The notes under the pieces were generated by a model. It saw nothing but the letters and a program-made list of their open reading frames with translations. It was not told the DNA's origin and made no database searches. The position numbers and the translations under genes are program-made. 64,000 nucleotides of DNA from the human T2T-CHM13v2.0 reference genome, Homo sapiens, in the NCBI RefSeq assembly GCF_009914755.1, contig NC_060933.1. One strand, given 5' to 3'. Shown here one piece after another: positions 1 through 11,700 of the stretch. Position 1 is the stretch's first letter, and each line of letters starts with the position of its first letter.

Positions 1-25
1 ATTCCATTCCATTCCATTCCATTCC

Positions 26-40
26 ATTCCGGAAGATTCC
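26..40. promoter_or_regulatory. Perfect 3-unit heat shock element (nTTCn-nGAAn-nTTCn), representative of ~44 copies
   Basis: ATTCC-GGAAG-ATTCC matches the canonical HSF1 inverted-pentamer consensus. It recurs at e.g. 7394, 11838, 14427, 16565, 18177, 20532, 22228, 23305, 28315, 28895, 29778, 34425, 47091, 53503, 57394, 58517, 59384, 60212. The motif match is direct; occupancy is not shown. Confidence 0.6.
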
Positions 41-217
41 ATTCCATTGCATTCCATTCCATTCCATTCCCCTGCACTCGCGTTGATTCCATTCCATTCC
101 ATTCCATTCCATTCCGTTCCGTTCCATTCCATTCCATTCCATTCCATTCCATTCCATTCCGTTCTCTTCCATTCCATTCCATTCCATTCTATTCGGGTTA
201 ATTCCATTCCATTCCAT

Positions 218-231
218 TCGATTGCAATCGA
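218..231. repeat. Perfect 14 bp palindrome TCGATTGCAATCGA (recurrent spacer module)
   Basis: The sequence equals its own reverse complement. Repeated at 1091-1104 and near 2589, 7541, 22634, 27645, 29965, 37419 and many more, usually just downstream of CTATTCGGGTTAA. Confidence 0.9.
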
Positions 232-2766
232 GTTGATTCCATTCCATTCCATTCCATTCCATTCTATTCCATTCCATTCCATTCCATTCCTTTCCATTCC
301 ATTACAGATGATTCCATTCCATTGCATTCCATTCCATTCCATTCCCCTGTACTCGAGTTGATTCCATTCCATTCCATTCCAATCCATGCCATTCCACTCG
401 TGTTGATTCCATTCTTTCCATTCCATTCAAGTTGAATCCATTCCATTGCATTCCATTCCATTCGATTCCATTCGATTGCACTCGGGTTGATTCCATTCCA
501 TTGCATTCCATTCCATTCCATTCCATTCCATTTCATTCCATTCCGTTCCATTCCATTCCATAACCTTTGGATTGATTCTATTCAATTCCCTTACTCTCCA
601 TTACATTCCATTCCATTCGGGTAGTTACCATTCCATTCCATTCCATTCCTCTCCATTCCATTGCACTCGGGTTGATTCCATTCCATTGCATTCCATTCCA
701 TTCCATTCAATTCCATTCCGTTCCATTCCATTCCATTACATTCGGATTGATTGTATTCAACTCCCTTACTCTCCATTACATTCCATTCCATTCGGGTTGT
801 TCCATTCCATTCCATTCCATTCCACTCCATTCCATTGCACTCGGGTTGATTCCATTCCATTCCATTCCATTCAATTCCATTCCATTCCATTCCATTCCGC
901 AAGATTCCATTCCATTGCATTCCATTCCATTCCATTCCCCTGCACTCGCGTTGATTCCATTCCATTCCATTCTAATCCATTCCATTCCCTTCCTTTCCGT
1001 TCCATTCCATTCCATTCCATTCCATTCCACTCCGTTCCGTTCCATTCCATTCCATTCCATTCTATTCGGGTTAATTCCATTCCATTCCATTCGATTGCAA
1101 TCGAGTTGATTCCATTCCATTCCATTCCATTCCATTCCATTCCATTCCGTTCCATTCCATTTCATTACATTCAGATTGATTCTATTCAATTCCCTTACAC
1201 TCCATTATATTCCAATCCATTCTGGTAGTCTCCATTCCATTCCATTCCATTTCACTCCATTCCATTGCACTCGGGTTGATTCCATTCCATTCCATTCCAT
1301 TGCATTCCATTCCATTCCATTCCGGATGATTGCATTCCATTGCATTCCATTCCATTCTATTCCCCTGCACTCGGGTTGGTTCCATTCCATTCCATTATAT
1401 TGCCTTCCGTTCCATTCCATTCGGATTGATTCTATTCAATTCCCTTACACTCCATTACATTCCATTCCATTCGGGTAGTTTCCATTCCATTCCATTCCAT
1501 TCCTCTCCATTCCATTGCACTCGGGTTGATTCCATTCCATTCCATTCCATTCCATTCCATTCCATTCCATTACATTCCATTCCATTCCGTTGCATTGTAC
1601 TCGGGTTGATTCCATTCCATTGCATTCCATTCCATTCCATTCCAATCCATTCCATTCGGTTCCATTCCATTACATTCGGATTGATTCTATTCAACTCCCT
1701 TACTCTCCATTACATTCCATTCCATTCGGGTTGTTCCATTCCATTCCATTCCATTCCACTCCATTCCATTGCGCTCGGGTTGATTCCATTCCATTCCATT
1801 CCATTCCATTCCATTCCATTCCATTCCATTCCGGATGATTCCATTCCATTGCTTTCCGTTCCATTACATTCCCCTGCACTCGGGTTGATTCCATTCCATT
1901 CCATTCCATTCCATTCGATTCCATTCCTTTCCAATTCTTTCCATTCCATTCTATTCCGTACCATTCCATTCCATTCCATACAATTCCATTCCATTCCATT
2001 CCACTCCGTTCCGTTCCGTTCCGTTCTGTTCCGTTCCATTCCATTCCATTCCATTCTATTCGGTTTAATTCCATTCCATTCCATTCCATTCCATTCCATT
2101 CTATTCCATTCCATTGCAATCGAGTTGAATCCGTTGCATTCCATTCCATTCCATTCCATTCCATTCAATTCCATTCCATTCCATTCCATTGTACTCGGGT
2201 TGATTCCATTCCATTGCATTCCATTCCATTCCATTCCATTCCATTCCATTCCGTTCCATTCCATTCCATTACATTCGGTTTGATTCTTTTCAACTCCCTT
2301 ACTCTCCATTACATTCCATTCCATTCGGGTTGTTCCATTCCATTCCATTCCATTCCACTCCATTCCATTGCACTCGGGTTGATTCCATTCCATTCCATTC
2401 CATTCCATTCCGGATGATTCCATTCCATTGCATTCCGTTCCATTATATTCCCCTGCACTCGGGTTGATTCCATTCCATTCCTTTCCATTCCATTCGATTC
2501 CATTGCATTCCCCTGCACACGCATTGATTCCATTCCATTCCATTCCATTCCATTCCATTCCTTTCCGTTCCATTCTATTCCATTCCATTCGATTGCAATC
2601 GAGTTGATTCCATTCCATTCCATTCCATTCCATTCCATTCCATTCCTTTCCATTCCATTACGGATGATTCCATTCCATTGCATTACATTCCATTCCATTC
2701 CCCTGTACTCGGGTTGATTCCATTCCATTCCATTCCATTCCATTCTATTCCATTCCATTCCATTCC

Positions 2767-2781
2767 ATTCCAGAAGTTTCC
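2767..2781. promoter_or_regulatory. Perfect HSE variant ATTCC-AGAAG-TTTCC
   Basis: The TTC-nn-GAA-nn-TTC core is retained with different n positions. Also at 6145-6159 and 24169-24183; an AGAAT variant is at 7714-7728. Confidence 0.55.
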
Positions 2782-5700
2782 ATTCCATTGCATTCCATTC
2801 CATTCCATTCCCCTGCACTCGCGTTGATTCCATTCCATTCCATTCCATTCCATTCCATTCCATTGCATTCCATTCCGATCCGTTCCATTCCATTCCATTC
2901 CATTCCATTCCGTTCCTTTCCATTCCATTCCATTCCATTCCATTCCATTCTATTCGGGTTAATTCCATTCCATTCCATTCAATTGCAATCGAGTTGATTC
3001 CATTGCATTCCATTCCATTCCATTCCATTCCATTCCATTCCATTCCTTTCCATTACATTACGGGTGATTCCATTCCATTTCATTCCATTCCATTCCATTC
3101 CCCTGTACTCGGGTTGATTCTATTCCATTCCATTCCAATTCATGCCATTCCACTCGTGTTGATTCCATTCTTTCCATTCCATTCAAGTTGAATCCATTCC
3201 ATTGCATTCCATTCCATTCGATTCCATTCGATTGCACTCGGATTGATTCCATGACATTGCATTCCATTCCATTCCATTCCATTCCATTCCTTTCCATTCC
3301 ATTCCATTCGGATTCATTCTATTCAATTCCCTTACACTCCATTAGATTCCATTCCATTCGTGTAGTTTCCATTCCATTCCATGCCATTCCTCTCCATTCC
3401 ATTGCACTCGGGTTGATTCCATTCCATTCCATTCCATTCCATTCCATTCCATTCCATTCCGGATGATTCCATTCCATTGAATTCCATTCCATTCCATTCC
3501 CCTGCACTTGTGTTGATTCCATTCCATTCCATTCCATTCCTTTCTGTTCCATTCCACTCCATTCCATTCCATTCTATTCGTGTTAATTCCGTTCCATTCT
3601 ATTCCATTCCATTCCATTGAAATCGAGTTGATTCCATTCCATTCAATTCCATTCCATTCCATTCAATTCCATTCGGGATGATTCCATTCCATTTTATTCC
3701 ATTCCATTCCATTCCACTGCACTCGGGTTGATTCCATTCCATTCCATTACATTACATTCCATTCCATTCCGTTCCATTTCATTCTATTCGGGTTAATTCC
3801 ATTCCATTCCATTCCACTCCATTCCAGTCCTTTCCATTCCATTCCACTCGGGTTGATTCCATTCTATTCCTTTCAATTCCATTCCATTCCATTGCAATCG
3901 AGTGGATTCCATTCGAGTTGAATCCATTCCATTCCATTCCATTCCATTCCATTGCACACGGGTTCATTCCATTCCATTACATTCCATTCCATTCCATTCC
4001 ATTTCATTCCATTCCATTCTATTCCGTACCATTCCATTCCATCCCATTCCATTCCGTTCCATTCCATGCCATTACACTCGGTTTGATTCCATTCCTTTCC
4101 ATTCCATTCTTGTTGAATCCATTCCATTCCATTCCATTCCATTCGAATCCATTCCATTGCACTCGGGTTGATTCCATTCCATTCCATTCCATTCCATTTC
4201 ATTCCATTCCATTCCGTTACATTCGTATTGATTCTATTCAATTCGCTTACACTCCATTACATTCCATTCCATTCGGGATGTTTCCATTCCATTACATTCC
4301 ATTCCACTCCATTCCATTGCATCAGGTTGATTGCATTGCATTCCATTCCATTCCATTCCGGATGATTCCATTCCATTCCATTCCATTCCATTCCATTCCC
4401 CTGCACTCGGGTTGATTCCATTCCATTCCATTCCATTCCATTCCATTCCATTCCATTCCATTCCATTCCGTTCCATTCCATTCCATTCCATTCTATTCCG
4501 GTTAATTCCATTCCATTCCATTCGATTCCATTCCATTCCATTCCATTCCATTGCAGTCGGGTAGATTCCACTCCATTCCATTCCATTCCATTCCATTCCG
4601 TTCCATTCCATTCCATTCCATTCTATTCGGGTTAATTCCATTCCATTCCATTCCATTCCATTCCATTCCGTTCCATTCCATTCCATTCCATTCTATTCGG
4701 GTTAATTCCATTCCATTCCATTCCATTCCACTCCATTCCAGTCCTTTCTATTCCATTACACTCGGGTTGATTCCATTCTATTCCTTTCCATTCCATTCCA
4801 TTCCATTGCAATCGAGTTGATTCCATTGCTTTGCATTCCATTCCATTCCATTCCATTCCGGATGATTCCATTCCATTGCATTCCATTCCATTCCATTCCC
4901 CTGCACTCGGGTTGATTCCATTCCATTCCACTCCATTCCGTTCCATTCCATTCCATTCCATTGTATTCGGGTTAATTCCATTCCATTCCATTCCATTCCA
5001 TTCCATTCCATTCCATTCCATTCCATTCCATTCCATTACAATCGAGTTGATTCCATTCCATTCCATTCCATTCCATTCCATTCCATTCCAGTCCTTTCCA
5101 TTCCATTCCACTCGGGTTGATTCCATTCTATTAGTTTCCATTCCATTCCATTCCCTTCCATTACACTCTGGTTGATTCCATTCCTTTCCATTCCACTCGA
5201 ATACATTCCCTCCTATTCCACTCGGAACGATTCCATTCCATTCCATTCCATTCCATTCCATTCCATTCTATTCCATTCCAGTTCGTTCCATTCCATTCTA
5301 TTCCGTACCATTCCATTCAATTCCATTCCTTTCCATTCCATTCCTTTCCACTCGTGTTGATTCCATTCCTTTCCATTCCATTCGGTTTGAAGACATTCCA
5401 TTCCATTCCATTCCATTCCATTCCATTCCATTCCATTCTATTCCATTACATTCTGATTGATTCTATTCAATTCCCTTACACTCCATTACATTCCATTCCA
5501 TTCGGGTAGTTTCCATTCCATTCCATTCCATTCCTCTCCATTCCATTGCACTCGGGTTGATTCCATTCCATTGCATTCCATTCCATTCCATTCAATTCCA
5601 TTCCGTTCCATTCCATTCCATTATATTCGGATTGATTCTATTCAACTCCCTTACTCTCCACTTCATTCCATTCCATTTCATTCCATTCCATTCCATTCCA

Positions 5701-8433
5701 TTCCATTCCACTCCATTCCATTGCACTCGGGTTTATTCAATTCCATTCCATTCCATTCCATTCCATTCCATTCCATTCCATTCCATTCCATTCCATTCGG
5801 GAAGATTCCATTCCATTGCATTCCATTCCATTCCATTCCATTCCATTCCATTCCATTCCATTCCATTCCATTGCATTCCATTCCATTCCATTCCCCTGCA
5901 CTCGCGTTGATTCCCTTCCATTCCATTCCATTCCATTCCATTCCTTTCCGTTCCATTCTATTCCATTCGATTCGATTGCAATCGAGTTGATTCCATTCCA
6001 TTCCATTCCATTCCATTCCATTCCTTTCCATTCCATTACGGATGATTCCATTCCATTGCATTACATTCCATTCCATTCCCCTGTACTCGGGTTGATTCCA
6101 TTCCATTCCATTCCATTCCATTCTATTCCATTCCATTCCATTCCATTCCAGAAGTTTCCATTCCTTTGCATTCCATTCCATTCCATTCCCCTGCACTCGC
6201 GTTGATTCCATTCCATTCCATTCCATTCCATTCCATTCCATTGCATTCCATTCTGATCCGTTCCATTCCATTCCATTCCATTCCATTCCGTTCCGTTCCA
6301 TTCCATTCCATTCCATTCCATTCCATTCCATTCTATTCGGGTTAATTCCATTCCATTCCATTCAATTGCAATCGAGTTGATTCCATTCCATTCCATTCCA
6401 TTCCATTCCATTCCATTCCATTCCATTCCATTCCTTTCCATTACATTACAGGTGATTCCATTCCATTTCATTCCATTCCATTCCATTCCCCTGTACTCGG
6501 GTTGATTCTATTCCATTCCATTCCAATCCATGCCATTCCACTCGTGTTGATTCCATTCTTTCCATTCCATTCAAGTTGTATCCATTCCATTGCATTCCAT
6601 TCCATTCGATTCCATTCGATTGCACTCGGATTGATTCCATGGCATTGCATTCCATTCCATTCCATTCCATTCCATTCCATTACAATCGAGTTGATTCCAT
6701 TCCATTCCATTCCATTCCATTCCATTCCTGTCCTTTCCATTCCATTCCACTCGGGTTGATTCCATTCTATTAGTTTCCATTCCATTCCATTCCCTTCCAT
6801 TACACTCTGGTTGATTCCATTCCTTTCCATTCCACTCGAATACATTCCCTTCTATTCCACTCGGAACGATTCCATTCCATTCCATTCCATTCCATTCCAT
6901 TCCATTCCATTCCAGTTCGTTCCATTCCATTCTATTCCGTACCTTTCCATTCCATTCCATTCCTTTCCATTCCATTCCTTTCCACTCGTGTTGATTCCAT
7001 TCCTTTCCATTCCATTCGGTTTGAAGGCATTCCATTCCATTCCATTCCATTCCATTCCATTCCATTCCATTCTATTCCATTACATTCGGATTGATTCTGT
7101 TCAATTCCCTTACACTCCATTACATTCCATTCCATTCGGGTAGTTTCCATTCCATTCCATTCCATTCCTCTCCATTCCATTACACTCGGGTTGATTCCAT
7201 TCCATTGCATTCCATTCCATTCCATTCAATTCCATTCCGTTCCCTTCCATTCCATTACATTAGGATTGATTCTTTTCAACTCCCTTACTCTCCATTACAT
7301 TCCATTCCATTTCATTCCATTCCATTCCATTCCATTCCACTCCATTCCATTGCACTCGGGTTTATTCAATTCCATTCCATTCCATTCCATTCCATTCCGG
7401 AAGATTCCATTCCATTGCATTCCATTCCATTCCATTCCATTGCATTCCATTCCATTCCATTCCCCTGCACTCGCGTTGATTCCATTCCATTCCATTCCAT
7501 TCCATTCCATTCCTTTCCGTTCCATTCTATTCCATTCCATTCGATTGCAATCGAGTTGATTCCATTCCATTCCATTCCATTCCATTCCATTCCTTTCCAT
7601 TCCATTACGGATGATTCCATTCCATTGCATTACATTCCATTCCATTCCCCTGTACTCGGGTTGATTCCATTCCATTCCATTCCATTCCATTCTATTCCAT
7701 TCCATTCCATTCCATTCCAGAATTTTCCATTCCATTGCATTCCATTCCATTCCATTCCCCTGCACTCGCGTTGATTCCATTCCATTCCATTCCATTCCAT
7801 TCCATTCCATTGCATTCCATTCCGATCCATTCCATTCCATTCCATTCCATTCCATTCCATTCCATTCCGTTCCGTTCCGTTCCATTCCATTCCATTCCAT
7901 TCCATTCCATTCTATTCGGGTTAATTCCATTCCATTCCATTCAATTGCAATCGAGTTGATTCCATTCCATTCCATTCCATTCCATTCCATTCCATTCCAT
8001 TCCATTCCTTTCCATTACATTACGGGTGATTCCATTCCATTTCATTCCATTCCATTCCATTCCCCTGTACTCGGGTTGATTCTATTCCATTCCATTTCAA
8101 TCCATGCCATTCCACTCGTGTTGATTCCATTCTTTCCATTCCATTCAAGTTGAATCCATTCCATTGCATTCCATTCCATTCGATTCCATTCGATTGCACT
8201 CAGATTGATTCCATGGCATTGCATTCCATTCCATTCCATTCCATTCCATTCCTTTCCATTCCATTCCATTCCATTCCATTCGGATTCATTCTATTCAATT
8301 CCCTTACACTCCATTAGATTCCATTCCATTCGTGTAGTTTCCATTCCATTCCATGCCATTCCTCTCCATTCCATTGCACTCGGGTTGATTCCATTCCATT
8401 CCATTCCATTCCATTCCATTCCATTCCATTACC

Positions 8434-8740
8434 GATGATTCCATTCCATTGAATTCCATTCCATTCCATGCCCCTGCTCTTGTGTTGATGCCATTCCATT
8501 CCATTCCATTCCTTTCTGTTCCATTCCATTCCATTCCATTCCATTCTATTCGTGTTAATTCCATTCCATTCCATTCCATTCCATTCCCGATGATTCCATT
8601 CCATTGAATTCCATTCCATTCCATGCCCCTGCTCTTGTGTTGATTCCATTCCATTCCATTCCATTCCTTTCTGTTCCATTCCATTCCATTCCATTCCATT
8701 CTATTCGTGTTAATTCCATTCCATTCTATTCCATTCCATT
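8434..8740 (+). repeat. 155 bp local tandem duplication
   Basis: GATGATTCCATTCCATTGAATTCC...CCATGCCCCTGCTCTTGTGTTGAT occurs at 8434 and 8589; the homologous blocks at ~3460 and ~61355 have one copy. Confidence 0.85.
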
Positions 8741-11700
8741 CCATTGAAATCGAGTTGATTCCATTCCATTCAATTCCATTCCATTCCATTCAATTCCATT
8801 CGGGATGATTCCATTCCATTTTATTCCATTCCATTCCATTCCACTGCACTCGGGTTGATTCCATTCCATTCCATTCCATTACATTCCATTCCATTCCGTT
8901 CCATTTCATTCTATTCGGGTTAATTCCATTCCATTCCATTCCACTCCATTCCAGTCCTTTCCATTCCATTCCACTCGGGTTGATTCCATTCTATTCCTTT
9001 CAATTCCATTCCATTCCATTGCAATCGAGTGGATTCCATTCGAGTTGAATCCATTCCATTCCATTCCATTCCATTCCATTCCATTCCATTGCACACGGGT
9101 TCATTCCATTCCATTACATTCCATTCCATTCCATTCCATTTCATTCCATTCCATGCTATTCCGTACCATTCCATTCCATCCCATTCCATTCCGTTCCATT
9201 CCATGCCATTACACTCGGGTTGATTCCATTCCTTTCCATTCCATTCTTGTTGAATCCATTCCATTCCATTCCATTCCATTCGAATCCATTCCATTGCACT
9301 CGGGTTGATTCCATTCCATTCCATTCCATTCCATTTCATTCCATTCCATTCCGTTACATTCGGATTGATTCTATTCAATTCCCTTACACTCCATTACATT
9401 CCATTCCATTCGGGATGTTTCCTTTCCATTCCATTCCATTCCACTCCATTCCATTGCATCAGGTTGATTGCATTGCATTCCATTCCATTCCATTCCGGAT
9501 GATTCCATTCCATTGCATTCCATTCCATTCCATTCCCCTGCACTCGGGTTGATCCATTCCATTCCATTCCATTCCATTCCATTCCATTCCATTCCATTCC
9601 GTTCCATTCCATTCCATTCCATTCTATTCCGGTTAATTCCATTCCATTCCATTCGATTCCATTCCATTCCATTCCATTCCATTGCAGTCGGGTTGATTCC
9701 ATTCCATTCCATTCCATTCCATTCCGTTCCATTCCATTCCATTCCATTCTATTCGGGTTAATTCCATTCCATTCCATTCCATTCCATTCCATTCCATTCC
9801 ATTCCGTTCCATTCCATTCCATTCCATTCTATTCGGGTTAATTCCATTCCATTCCATTCCATTCCATTCCATTCCATTCCATTCCCCTGCACTCGGGTTG
9901 ATTCCATTCCATTCCACTCCATTCCGTTCCATTCCATTCCATTCCATTTTATTCGGGTTAATTCCATTCCATTCCATTCCATTCCATTCCATTCCATTAC
10001 AATCGAGTTGATTCCATTCCATTTCATTCCATTCCATTAAATTCCATTCCAGTCCTTTCCATTCCATTCCACTCGGGTTGATTCCATTCTATCAGTTTCC
10101 ATTCCATTCCATTCCCTTCCATTCCACTCTGGTTGATTCCATTCCTTTCCATTCCACTCGAATTCATTCCCTCCTATTCCACTCGGAACGATTCCATTCC
10201 ATTCCATTCCATTCCATTCCATTCCATTCCATTCCAGTTCCTTCCATTCCATTCTATTCCGTACCATTCCATTCCATTCCATTCCTTTCCATTCCATTCC
10301 TTTCCACTCGTGTTGATTCCATTCCTTTCCATTCCATTCGGTTTGAAGGCATTCCATTCCATTCCATTCCATTCCATTCCATTCCGTTCCGTTCCATTCC
10401 ATTCCATTCCATTCCATTCCGTTCCGTTCCATTCCATTCCATTCCATTCTATTCGGGTTAATTCCATTCCATTCCATTCGATTGCCATCGAGTTGATTCC
10501 ATTCCATTCCATTCCATTCCATTCCATTCCATTCCTTTCCATTCCATTACGGATGACTCCATTCCATTGCATTCCATTCCATTCCATTCCCCTGTACTCG
10601 GGTTGATTTCATTCCATTCCATTCCACTCCATTCGGTTCCGTTGCATTCCATTCTATTGCATTCCATTCTATTCTGGTTAATTCCATTCCATTCTATTCC
10701 ATTCCATTCCATTCCATTCCATTGCAATGGAGTTGATTCCATTCCATTCCATTCCGTTCCGTTCAATTCCATTCCATTCCATTCCGTTCCGTTCCATTCC
10801 ATTCCATTCCATTCTATTCGGGTTAATTCCATTCCATTCCATTCGATTGCAATCTATTTGATTCCATTCCATTCCATTCCATTCCATTCCATTCCATTCC
10901 ATTCCTTTCCATTCCATTACGGATGATTCCATTCCATTGCTTTCCATTCCATTCCATTCCCCTGTACTCGGGTTAATTCCATTCCATTCCATTCCAATCC
11001 ATGCCATTCCACTCGTGTTGATTCCATTCTTTCCATTCCGTTCAAGTAGAATCCATTCCATTGCATTCCATTCCATTCGATTCCATTCGATTGCACTCGG
11101 TTTGATTCCATTCCATTGCATTCCATTCCATTCCATTCCATTCCATTCCATTCCGTTCCATTCCCTTCCATTACATTCGGATTGATTCTATTCAATTCCC
11201 TTACACTCCATTAGATTCCATTCCATTCGGTAGTTTCCATTCCATTCCATTCCATTCCTCTCCATTCCATTGCACTCGGGTTGATTCCATTCCATTGCAT
11301 TCCATTCCATTCCATTCCATTCCATTCCGCTGCATTCCATTCCATTACATTCGGATTGATTCTATTCAACTCCCTTACTCTCCATTACATTCAATTCCAT
11401 TCAGGTTGTTCCATTCCATTCCATTCCATTCCACTCCATTCCATTGCACTCGGGTTGATTCCATTCCATTCCATTCCATTCCATTCCATTCCATTCCATT
11501 CCATTCCGGATGATTCCATTCCATTGCATTCCGTTCCATTACATTCCCCTGCACTCGCGTTGATTCCATTCCATTCCATTCCATTCCATTCAATTCCATT
11601 CCATTACAATTCGTTCCATTCCATTCTATTCCGTACCATTCCATTCCATTCCATACCATTCCATTCCATTCCATTCCATTCCATTCCATTCCATTCCATT

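Larger units (their letters stand above)
2510..10380 (+). repeat. Degenerate triplication of a ~3.4 kb unit (order X-Y-Z, X-Z, X-Y-Z partial)
   Basis: X (markers CCAGAA(G/T)TTTCC, ACATTAC(G/A)GGTGATT) starts ~2510, ~5893, ~7462. Y (AGTGGATTCC, GCATCAGGTTGATTGC) lies at ~3290-5030 and ~8250-9990. Z (CGGTTTGAAG(A/G)C) has markers at ~5384, ~7018, ~10340. ORF-track offsets agree (5457/7091, 4331/9468). Confidence 0.8.

Noticed and set aside
27-36. TTCCGGAAGA as a STAT GAS or ETS site
   Set aside because: GAS needs TTC-N3-GAA (here N2). The ETS core CCGGAAG is present but its flanks deviate from ACCGGAAGT. The HSE reading fits all 9 consensus positions.
2510-5890. The ~3.4 kb unit as Y-chromosome DYZ1
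   Set aside because: The similarity is in size only. The unit is local (three degenerate copies), and the window lacks the regular ~3.5 kb tandem periodicity expected of DYZ1.
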